A DNA stretch of 64,000 bases from Eledone cirrhosa. Its lineage: Eukaryota. The position numbers and the translations under genes are program-made. Below, piece by piece: positions 1-11,303 of this stretch (position 1 is its first letter; every line of letters begins with the position of its first letter). The notes below the pieces were generated by a model. It searched no databases. It saw nothing but the letters and a program-made list of their open reading frames with translations, and was not told where the DNA came from. The stretch is from the NCBI GenBank assembly GCA_964016885.1, contig OZ024746.1:75640001-75704000 (forward strand). The letters are read 5' to 3'.

Positions 1-191
1 AGAGGAGGAGGTATCATGAGGGTGAAGGAGGAGGTGATAGATAGTTTTACAAAAAGTACTTCAGTAATATCTTACCCCTCTCACCTCCCCTTCATCATCA
101 ATATTAAGCACAGATGTCTCTCCTGCTACACCCCACCACTTCATAACCACTCTGCTTCACCACCAGCACACCACCCCCATTATCACCCCAC

Positions 192-382
192 ATAATTGTT
201 TCTACTTTAGGCACAAGGCCAGCAAATACCCAGTGCATTACTGGTACTTTATTTTATCGACCCCGTAAGGATGAAAGGCAAAGTCAACCTCGGCGGGATT
301 TCATCCTTACGGGGTCGATAAAATAAAGTACCAGTAATGAACTGGTAATTGCTGGCCTTGTGCCAAAAGTAGAAACAATTAT
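192..382. mobile_element. Two partial family-A SINE copies in inverted (fold-back) arrangement
   Basis: 192-276 is the near-perfect reverse complement of 299-382, with a ~22-nt spacer. Both arms carry the family core ttcatccttacggggtcgataaaataaagtaccagt. Confidence 0.85.
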
Positions 383-510
383 TATAAGACATGTAAGCCC
401 TACTGTCAAGCTTCCACCATTAGCAAAATAGGGAATTAAAACCAAATCATTCAATTTTACTTTCTCTCATTTCCCCATCAAAACAATTTAAGGTTGTCTG
501 TAGGGCTTAC

Positions 511-550
<40 letters not shown>

Positions 551-817
551 GTAAAAGTTCTATTTAAATTGTTGGGATACAACAAGCAAATAGTTTTATA
601 ACTGATATAAAGCACTCAACAAATATTTGGAGTAAAAATACGATATTAACAAATGGAAACTATATTTATAAAACCATATTTATTTCATTATACATATTTC
701 AAGGACACCAAGTTAAATTATGGTGTGCTTTCATCAGATAAAATATAATATAGATCAGTTTTATAAATAAATATTGACATACCCTTAAAGAATGCAACCA
801 TTGCTGTTGGAAGCTCC

Positions 818-867
<50 letters not shown>

Positions 868-877
868 TATATAAGTG

Positions 878-995
878 AAGGCGTGTGGCTGAGTGGTTAG
901 AGAATTGGATTCGCAATCGTAAGGTTGTGAGTTCGATTCCTGGACCAGACGATGTGTTATGTCCTTGAGCAAGACACTTTATTTCACATTGCTCC
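878..995 (+). mobile_element. Family-B tRNA-derived SINE
   Basis: tRNA-like head with A box (tggctgagtggttag) and B box (gagttcgattcc), followed by tgtccttgagcaagacactt. Related copies at ~2090-2340(-), 12248-12385(+), 37290-37437(-), 46260-46395(-) and 63340-63460(-). Confidence 0.75.
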
Positions 996-1642
996 TTCTA
1001 CCTGGAGTTGCGACCGATAGATAGTATTAGCAATTGGAAAGACCAACGGAAACATTGTTCCCTCGGTCCGATTTGACGAAAGTCGATCGTTCCTATATAT
1101 ATATATATATATGCCATTTAAGTTGTGTTGTTAAACAAATCTGTAGAACTAGCGATTCCAGTTAGTAAACAATGATGCAACAAATTAAAGCACTTATCCT
1201 TATGCAAAGTGTCTATCATAGATGTGGTATCCCGTGGCTGGTGCAGGAATGGAGTTAAATATTCATTCAAAGAAACAGAAGGCTGGACTGGAAACTTTCT
1301 TTAAAATTTTAATTCTGCGAATATGAATAGTGTTTTCGGGGAATTAAAATTTTAAAGAGTTTCCTGTCTGGCCTTCAGTTGTTTGTAATGTATATAGATA
1401 TAGATATATATATGAGAGAGAGAGAGAGAGACCAAGTCCACTAATCATGAGAGTAGTCAATGCATAGGGAGATGCAGAGTGGATATGGAGATAGGTAAAA
1501 TCCCAATTGTGGCATCATCATCATCATCATCAGACTGGTGTAGTGAATCATTGGGGGTGCATTCTAACTATTGAGACTGATCTCTGTCCACCATTATACA
1601 CGGAAGGGCTGCAGTGTTCTTCAACTTGCCCTGGGGAATGGT

Positions 1643-1868
1643 TTAACCCTTTAGCATTTAAATCAGCTATAGCCAGCCTGAATTCTCTCAACTCTTTCTG
1701 TTCAAACCGGCCATAACCAGCTGCTCATACAGAAGTTAAGGTATCGTTCTCAAAATAAATATCAAAATCTCGTAGATTGGATATTATGTGAGATAATTAT
1801 ATGAGGTAAAGCCTTTACTATGAAAATACAATAGTAAATATAAGATAATGTAAATACTAAAGAGTTAA
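1643..1868. mobile_element. piggyBac-type MITE (same family, opposite orientation)
   Basis: TTAA-ccctttagcattta ... taaatactaaagag-TTAA. The interior matches the reverse complement of 10299-10518. Confidence 0.75.
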
Positions 1869-2504
1869 GACAAGTTGTCATCATAGGATAAATGTCCATA
1901 CCTGGTAAGCTTTGGTCTTTTCACTGTTGTAAGAAATGGTTCCTGCCTGCCTACATATTTGCTGACACTGTTCATCTCTCACAAATATTTGATCTCTCTA
2001 ATTCCCTTCTATTGTTGTTGGACCACCATTGTATCCGATGACATATTCTCCAGTTGATTCAATCAATGGAACAGCCTGCTTGTGAAATTGAAATTATGTT
2101 GCAAGTGGCTGAACGTTCCACAAATAAGTGCACTCTTAACATAATTCTCAGTGAGATTCAGCATCAGACTGTGTTTGTGACAGGCTGGCTCCATGAATTA
2201 CAGGTACAACTTATTTTCAGCGGTCGAGTGGATTGGAGCAACATGAAATAAAGAGTTTTGCTCAAGAACATGAAGCGCTGTTTAGTCTGGGAATCAAACA
2301 TTCCAACCATAATCCCACCACCCTAACCACTAAGCCATATTCTTCCTCGACACATAAAACATTATTCTATTCTCTGTATTATTTGTGCAAAACACTTTGA
2401 CTAAACCTTGCACCCCACTGAAATTGCATCAATATCACCTGGCTGGGGGGCATATTAAGTTCAAGATCACCCCCACCCCCCATTCTGATGTAGATGTAGG
2501 TATG

Positions 2505-2535
<31 letters not shown>

Positions 2536-3222
2536 ATGTCTGTGTGTGTATTATATATAGAGAGAGAGAAAGATAGATAGATATGCAGGTATATATATAT
2601 GTAGGTATATGTGTGTGTATGTGTCTTGAGTATGTGCTTGTTCCTGTGTGTGTGTGTATGTATGTATGTATATATCGGGTCGTTGGCGACTAAACTGGCA
2701 ACCCCACCAAGGTTCCTTGGTGAGGAGGGTGACTTTGGACATCCTGCAGGACTAAAAACAAAACCTGTCAAAGGGCAAAGGAGCTCTTAAGAGTCAATGG
2801 CCATCCAAAATCACCGGGAGAGATGACCCCTTAGCCTTTGTCAAGGCAGAATTCTAGGAGAAGGAAAACTCTGATATAACACCTGCAACTCTGATGGTAT
2901 CCAATGATGTTGACATGTTCTTCTTTTTGGTAAATATCATCTTGGTTAAGAGAGTGGGACTGGCTTTGTGCAGTGCCTTTGCTCACTATAAAAGCTTCAC
3001 GGCACAGGCATTGCTTTATATCTGGAGATCTCTCTGCACTTGCCATCACATGGTACCATGGGCCCAGCACTATGTGTCAATAATTGTCACAAGTGTAGTG
3101 TTTGTACCAGAGTTTTCAAGTCGCTGGCCTGACTAAAAAGTCACACTTGTTTAGCGCATCAGTAGGGGTTCTCCTACATGGATATAAAGTAGTGGCCGTA
3201 CTCGAAAACGAGTTGGCAGCCA

Positions 3223-3263
<41 letters not shown>

Positions 3264-4249
3264 TACATATATCATCATTGTTTTTGTGTCTGCTTTTCCA
3301 TGCTTGCATGAGTTGGACATTTATATATGTATATTTATGTATGCATATATATGTATGCATATATATGTATGTTTACATATGTATGTATATTTATATATGT
3401 ATATATATGTATGCATATATATGTATGTATATATATGTATGCATATATATGTATGTTTACATATGTATGTATATATATATATATGTATGGTTACATATGT
3501 ATGCATATATCCAATATATTTAGAAATATATGAGGTGGAGACTATGACAAGCTTGTATGTATCATCACCACCACCACACCTCCACTACCATACTACCATG
3601 AAGGCCTGTATGATGGTGATGATGATGATGATGGTGATGATGATCATCATCATCATCATAGTGATAATGATGTATTCTCTAGAGAGTGATTTACATATGA
3701 AAAATAACAAATTAAAAACAAAGAAAATATGCATCCATCCCTCCCCCTCCTCCCATGGTATGTTGTGGGTGGAGAGGGGGGGGGGCATAACTCCCTGTGT
3801 GAAGTTATAGTTTGCTTCTCTTTTCTGAAACTATATTTTTTAGTGGAGAAAACCAGTAAATATATTGAAGCCAGACATTCATTCCACACAAGTTCGTGCC
3901 ATTTTGCTCTTCATTCTTCATAACCTGGGTCTTCTAGGCAGTTTGCCAGAAATTCCAGATCATCAGATGTTGTTGTTGTTCTTCTTTTTCTTGTTGTTGT
4001 ACCCCCCCCCCTTCCTCACCACCACCACCAGTCACTGACCTCTCCATTCTGTTGAATTATTCTCCATTTTTACATCCATCTCTGAACCCCCACCCCACCC
4101 CTAAATCTCCCACCACCACCCCTCCTCTAATGATTCCACCATCTTTGTATTGACTTTGGATAAGAAACAAACCACTTTTGCCAAGGTGAGATAATGACAG
4201 GTTAATGAACTTAACAGATACACCTGTTGTTGTATAACAAACTACCTCC

Positions 4250-4661
4250 ACTCACTCACTCTCTCTCACTCACTCACTCTCTCTCACTCACTCACTCTCA
4301 CTCACTCACTCACTCTCTCTCACTCTCTCTCACTCACTCACTCTCTCTCACTCACTCTCTCTCACTCACTCACTCACTCACTCACTCACTCACTCACTCA
4401 CTCACTCACTCACTCACTCACTCACTCACTCACTCACTCACTCACTCACTCACTCACTCACTCACTCACTCACTCACTCACTCACTCACTCACTCTCTCA
4501 CTCTCTCACTCTCTCACTCTCTCACTCACTCACTCACTCACTCACTCACTCACTCACTCACTCACTCACTCACTCACTCACTCACTCACTCACTCACTCA
4601 CTCACTCACTCACTCACTCACTCACTCACTCACTCACTCACTCACTCACTCACTCACTCAC
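4250..4661. repeat. (CACT)n microsatellite
   Basis: Directly visible. Confidence 0.95.
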
Positions 4662-5257
4662 TTATTCTGAATTCAATTTCTACAGAATGACTGAGCTTGG
4701 TTGGTCAGCTTCGTCTTTCAGTTGTTTTGATTGCTCATTAATAGATACAGTAATATATTGGGGAGTTAGATGGAATGTATGGGCAAGATATGGTTGTCTA
4801 GACTCAGACAATGACACCATGCAAGCATGGAAAACATGGAAAATAACTGTTTCTATTTTTTGGGGCACAAGGCCAGCAATTATCCCAGTGCATTACTGGT
4901 ACTTTATTTTATCGACCCCCGTAAGGATGAAAGGCAAAGTTAACCTCGGCAGGATTTGAACTCGGATCATAAAGGGACTCAACTCTATGCTGGCAAGCAT
5001 GGCGTCTGACCCGCTACCAATACTGCCAATCCACTGCCTAAATTGTTGTCTACTCATTCATCATATTTGGGGTCAAACCTCCACAATATCCCACCATGCG
5101 GGAATTATTCAACTTAACCCTTTTAATATCACACAGCCTGAAACCACCCATGGTTCTACAATACTAAACACTCTAAGTGTTCATATTTATTTTAAAACGT
5201 TGCATCATAATTTTATGTAAGAACCTTCGTAAAACTATCTTCCAAGCATCAACTTAA

Positions 5258-5676
5258 TAACTGTTCCTACTTTAGGCACAAGGCCAGCAATTACCCAGTA
5301 CATTACTGGTACTTTATTTTATCGGCCCGGTAAGGATGAAAGGCAAAGTTAACTTCGGCGGGATTTGAACTCAGAATGGCAAGGGCCATAACTCTATGCT
5401 GGAAAGCATAGCGTCCAACCCTCTACCGATACTGCCAATCCACCTAATAATGAAAAGATTAGTTACATTACTAAATCTCCAAATTCTTGTGGATTGGCAG
5501 TATCGGTAGAGGGTCGGACGCTATGCTTTCCAGCATAGAGTTATGGCCCTTGCCATTCTGAGTTCAAATCCCGCCGAGGTTAACTTTGCCTTTCATCCTT
5601 ACGGGGTCGATAAAATAAAGTACCAGTAATGCACTGGGGTAATTACTGGCCTTGTGCCAAAAGTTGAAACAATTAT
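5258..5676. mobile_element. Head-to-head pair of near full-length family-A tRNA-derived SINEs
   Basis: 5258-5443 (-) and 5490-5676 (+) are near-identical copies with head ggattggcagtatcggtagagggtcggac, B-box-like gagttcaaatcc and tail gccttgtgccaaaagt...aacaatt. Confidence 0.85.
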
Positions 5677-5929
5677 TTTCTAAATAATTTGAAAGCCATA
5701 GACAGTGCCTTTCATTAGAAATATGGTAAGGAAAGGGTTAAATGAAAGACATAGTTGTCAGATGTTTCATCTGTGAAATTAAATATTCATATTCTCGTTT
5801 ATCTTGGTAAAAATATGTAGAATTTAATTAGTTTTGAGAACATCTCTTTGAAGCATTGTAAAATTTGAATGTAAATAAAATGAGGAAGTTATTATAACTC
5901 ATTATCATCATCATTACTATCATTACTAT

Positions 5930-6725
5930 TACCACTACAAACATTACTACTATTACAGCTACCACCACCATTACTACTACCATTAGTACCACCACCACCA
6001 CCACCACTACTACCATTAGTACCACCACCACTATTACTACTACCACCACCACCATTACTACTACTATTAGTACCACCATTACTACTACTATTAGTACCAC
6101 CATTACTACTACTATTAGTACCACCACTACCATTACTACTACCATTAGTACCACCACCACCACCACCACCACCACCACTACTACTACCATTAGTACCACC
6201 ACCATTACTACTACCGCCGCCACCATTACTACTACTACCACCACCACAGCCACTACTACTACTACTACCACCACCACCACAGCCACTACTACTACTACTA
6301 CCACCACCACCACTGCCAGTACTACTACTACTACCACCACCACTGCCACTACTATTCTACCACTACTACTATAACCACCACCACCACCACTGCCAGTACT
6401 ACTACTACTACTACCACCACCACTGCCACTACTATTCTACCACTACTACTATAACCACCACCACCACCACTGCCAGTACTACTACTACTACTACCACCAC
6501 CACTGCCACTACTATTCTACCACTACTACTATAACCACCACCACCACCACTGCCAGTACTACTACTACTACCACCACCACCACTGCCACTACTATTCTAC
6601 CACTACTACTATAACCACCACCACCACCACTGCCAGTACTACTACTACTACTACCACCACCACTGCCACTACTATTCTACCACTACTACTATAACCACCA
6701 CCACCACCACCACTACTACAACTAC
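5930..6725. repeat. (ACT/ACC)n compound microsatellite with a 60-bp higher-order repeat at ~6311-6710
   Basis: Successive 60-nt lines are near-identical. Confidence 0.9.
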
Positions 6726-7224
6726 TGCTGTCCATATGGACTCAGGTATTTAGATGTCACTACTCTGCTCCACCTGTATAGGTATGACATACCACTACTT
6801 ATTCTAGTTTACTTTGTCTCACTGATATAATTGTTTCTACTTTAGGCACAAGGCCAGCAATTACCCAGTGTATTACTGGTACTTTATTTTATCGACCCCG
6901 TAAGGATGAAAGGCAAAGTCAACATCAGCGGGATTTGAACTCAGATCATAAAGGGACGTAACTACGCTGGAAAGCCTGTCTGACCCTCTACCAATACTGC
7001 CAATTGACATAATCTCAGTCCACTACCACTACTACCACTACTACCACTACCATCACTACCACTACCACTACTACCACTACCACTACTACCACTACTACTA
7101 CCACTACTACCACTACCACCACTACCACCACTACTACCACTACTGCTACTACCACTACTACCACTACCGCTACTAGTGGTAGTAGTGGTAATAGTGGTGG
7201 TGGTGGTATTACCACTACCAACAG

Positions 7225-7470
7225 TGCCTTGCACAGCTTGGACACTGCAGGCTTCCCTTCCCAGCTCGAGCCAGTGGGGCTGGACCGAGGAGATGGCAAA
7301 AGGCCAGATGGCATGACCATTTTCCCGTTCCGTGGTGGCAAACCCTTCGTCTGGGATGCCACTTGCACCGACACTTTCTGCAGCTGCAACCTGGTGCAGT
7401 CTGTGACTAACCCAGGTTCTGCTGCACGTCGGGCTGAGGAGGCCAAACTCCTCAAATACCGGTCGCATAT
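7225..7470 (+). mobile_element. Restriction-like endonuclease fragment of a CRE-clade non-LTR retrotransposon
   Basis: LEPVGLDRGDGKRPDGMTIFPFRGGKPFVWDATCTDTF...AARRAEEAKLLKY shows the RPDG/WD.T PD-(D/E)xK signature. Confidence 0.75.
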
Positions 7471-7689
7471 CATTCCATATTTAAGTATTGTCAATGAAGA
7501 ATATGTGCCAATAGCCAGCTGTGGTTGGATTGCAGGTACTTTTGCATGTCGTTTGAGCCCTCCCATTATATCATGTCTATCCTAACATCTACACACTCTA
7601 TCTATATAACCAGTCAAATTATACTCCAGTCAACATCTACACACTGTATCTATCTATATAAACAGTCAAATTATACAGTCAAATTATAC

Positions 7690-8740
7690 TCCAGTCAACA
7701 TATACACACTGTATCTCTACAGTCAACATATACACACTGTATCTCTACAGTCAACATATACACACTGTATCTCTACAATCAACATATACACACTGTATCT
7801 CTACAGTCAACATATACACACTGTATCTCTACAGTCAACATATACACACTGTATCTCTACAGTCAACATATACACACTGTATCTCTACAGTCAACATATA
7901 CACACTGTATCTCTACAGTCAACATATACACACTGTATCTCTACAGTCAACATATACACACTGTATCTCTACAGTCAACATATACACACTGTATCTCTAC
8001 AGTCAACATATACACACTGTATCTCTACAGTCAACATATACACACTGTATCTCTACAGTCAACCTATACACACTGTATCTCTCCAGTCAACCTATACACA
8101 CTGTATCTCTCCAGTCAACATTTACACACTGTATCTCTCCAGTCAACATTTACACACTGTATCTCTCCAGTCAACATTTACACACTGTATCTCTCCAGTC
8201 AACATATACACACTGTATCTCTCCAGTCAACATATACACACTGTATCTCTCCAGTCAACATATACACACTGTATCTCTACAGTCAACATATACACACTGT
8301 ATCTCTACAGTCAACATATACACACTGTATCTCTACAGTCAACATATACACACTGTATCTCTACAGTCAACATATACACACTGTATCTCTACAGTCAACA
8401 TATACACACTGTATCTCTACAGTCAACATATACACACTGTATCTCTACAGTCAACATATACACACTGTATCTCTACAGTCAACATCTACACACTGTATCT
8501 CTCCCTACATCTACACACTGTATCTCTACAGTCAACATATACACACTGTATCTCTACAGTCAACATATACACACTGTATCTCTACAGTCAACATATACAC
8601 ACTGTATCTCTACAGTCAACATATACACACTGTATCTCTACAGTCAACATATACACACTGTATCTCTACAGTCAACATATACACACTGTATCTCTACCGT
8701 CAACATCTACACACTGTATCTCTCCCTACATCTACACACT
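7690..8740 (+). repeat. 28-nt minisatellite (cagtcaacatatacacactgtatctcta)n, ~37 copies
   Basis: Directly visible homogeneous tandem array. Confidence 0.95.
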
Positions 8741-8908
8741 TTGCCAATCTCTTTATCCAGTCACCACACTATTTAATCAGTCAATATTTACACACAGTGT
8801 CTAACCATTCAATATCTACACTCTGCCTATTTAAGCAGTAAACATACATATTTATGCTCTCATATGTCTATACCACTATGTTTGACGCCTGGACAATTAC
8901 ACAGTGTA

Positions 8909-8958
<50 letters not shown>

Positions 8959-9047
8959 ATAGAAGTCATCTAGAAATAGGTTATTAAAACATAAAAATGT
9001 CTAAACAAAATCTTAATAACAGCTTTACATTTCTACATGGCTGTTTC

Positions 9048-9083
<36 letters not shown>

Positions 9084-9238
9084 TCCACACACACACACAT
9101 CCACACACACACATTCACACACACACATTCACACACACACATCCACACACACACATCCACACACACACATCCACACACACACATCCACACACACATCCAC
9201 ACACACACATCCACACACACACATCCACACACACACAT

Positions 9239-9281
<43 letters not shown>

Positions 9282-10298
9282 CGCGAATGATATATGCTCA
9301 TACATATATTCATATATATATATATATATATGTTTTCATCATTATTCCCTTAATGGTTTAATCTAAGTAAAAGACTTCACTCATATTTTCACTCTGCTTC
9401 ATTCCTTTCCTTTTTAAACGGTGCAAGACATCTCAGCAGGCTCTTTCAGAAGACTTTAATACTCTCAACATCTTTTAAAACAATAAACCTCCTCTAATTG
9501 CTTTGCCAAACAACATCTTGCTTGTTTTAACCAGGTCAAGTTTCCTGATCTGCTAGAAATAGCAGCAAAAATCTTGCTCCAATCACACCTTACTACTTGC
9601 TGCTGGCTTAGAAGAGGACACGTTTAGGATAATCTGGTCCTAGATGATTGATACACTGAGAAACAAACATGATGGTCAATCACAACTGGATTTATCTTTG
9701 GTTGTAGATTTACTGGATCATGGCTGACCTGGGGATATATATAGCATCTTGTTTTGTACTTAAATACCTCCATAGCAGGAGAGCATTTGTGAGGAGGAAG
9801 TAAGCTTAATTTCACATCATTTGTAGTAAACACTAATGAGGAGGAGGAGGAAGGTGATGGAGGGAGTAGAAGTTATAGTTTGGTGGTGGGGACAGAAGAA
9901 GTATTAGTATGGTGAAGTAAATGATTTACAGTATGGAAACATTTCATCACTCTGGTTTGTGAGTTCAAATCCTGCAATGGTTAGGTTTTGTCAAATCACC
10001 CATCATCATCCTTTTATGTCCACATACTATACTAGTATGTTTTTGATTCGAGATTTATACACTGACTACCATAATACATTTGCACCCAGGTATAATCGAA
10101 CAGTCTACATTGCAATCATAAGGTTTCAGATTTATTCCCACTGCATGGCATCTTCAGTGTCTTTTACCAAGCCATGGTTCAACCAAGCCTTGTGAATGAA
10201 AGTGAGAAATTGTGTGCATGCTAATCAAATGGATTGTACTTGTAATTTCAAGATGCAGCCTAGTCGCTGTGCCATGCTGATTCTACCTGAAGATTATG

Positions 10299-10518
10299 TT
10301 AACCCTTTAGCATTTACATTACTCTATATATACTAGTATATTTTTATGGTAAAGACTTTATCTTACATAATTACCTCATATAATATCAAAATCTACAAGA
10401 TTTTGATGTTATTTATTTTGAGAACAATACCTTTACATCAGTATGAGCAGCCGGTTACAACCAGTTTGAACAGAAAGAGGTGAGAGAATTATGGCAGGTT
10501 TAAATGCTAAAGGGTTAA
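10299..10518. mobile_element. piggyBac-type MITE
   Basis: TTAA-ccctttagcattta ... taaatgctaaaggg-TTAA. CCC-starting TIRs and a TTAA TSD. Confidence 0.8.
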
Positions 10519-10643
10519 GGATTCATATCTGTGGAATATCCAGCCAGTTAGACTATAATGTAGAATGAATTATCCCTATAATTGAAAAATCTAACCTTGT
10601 CATGCACCGTGTCACACTTATTCTGCTTGAGGATTACATTATA

Positions 10644-11303
10644 CTAGCAGAAAAACCACCCTTCGGGTGGTTTTCTGCTAGCATGTGTAGTGTGTATATT
10701 GATAGTTTACGCAAATATATATACATGTAGATATGATACATCAAATAAAATCATAATTGACAATATATAATACATTGAACGAAGACTGTTACGCCATCTT
10801 AAGCAATCAGTAACGTAATCCATGATACGTTAAAAAAGACGATATTATATATAAACTGCATTAGGAGAAAATTAGTGACAGAAAATTAGTATGTTTATTT
10901 AAGCGATCGCCACCGGAAGTGTTGACATTTCAGAAATTTTAAAGAAGTGAATCTTTAAATAAACGAAATATATTTAATGAACAACCACGAAATTTAGTAG
11001 ATAAATTATGTAATATTCATTCATTATTTGGATTGGCAGTATCGGTAGAGGGTCGGACGCCATGCTTTGACGCATAGTTACGGCCCTTATCATTCTGAGC
11101 TCAAATTCCGCCAAGGTTAACTTTGCCTTTCATCCTTACGGGGTCGATAAAATAAAGTACCAGTAATGTACTGGGTAATTGCTGGCCTTGTGCCAAAAGT
11201 AGAAACAATTATTTATTCAAAGTAATCCAACTTATTTTACAAACGGGATAAAAAAAAATAAACCGTACGCAATCCTGCAGACCTTCCTTTATTATAGTTT
11301 AGA
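10644..11303 (-). mobile_element. Non-autonomous Helitron with nested SINE
   Basis: Minus strand starts TC(TAAACTATAATAAA) and ends in hairpin ...ccacccgaagggtgg...CTAG at an A/T insertion site. The same 3' end is at 15177-15217. Confidence 0.65.
11030..11212 (+). mobile_element. Family-A tRNA-derived SINE (representative copy)
   Basis: Same ~190-nt consensus recurs at about 4843-5037(-), 6827-7003(-), 11750-11932(-), 15555-15745(+), 24627-24822(-), 24838-25047(-), 32560-32742(+), 37530-37720(+), 48448-48615(+) and 49339-49530(+). Confidence 0.85.

Noticed and set aside
878-950. tRNA gene
   Set aside because: The tRNA-like head continues into a SINE body, occurs as several decayed copies, and has no clean cloverleaf.
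3151-6349. Low-complexity ORFs (poly-YI, THSL, poly-V); similar ones at 8997-9366, 16046-16882, 20407-20715 and 31268-31571
   Set aside because: These are translations of microsatellites.
7525-8841. 438-aa ORF or a CRISPR-like array
   Set aside because: It is a head-to-tail 28-nt repeat with no spacers in eukaryotic DNA.
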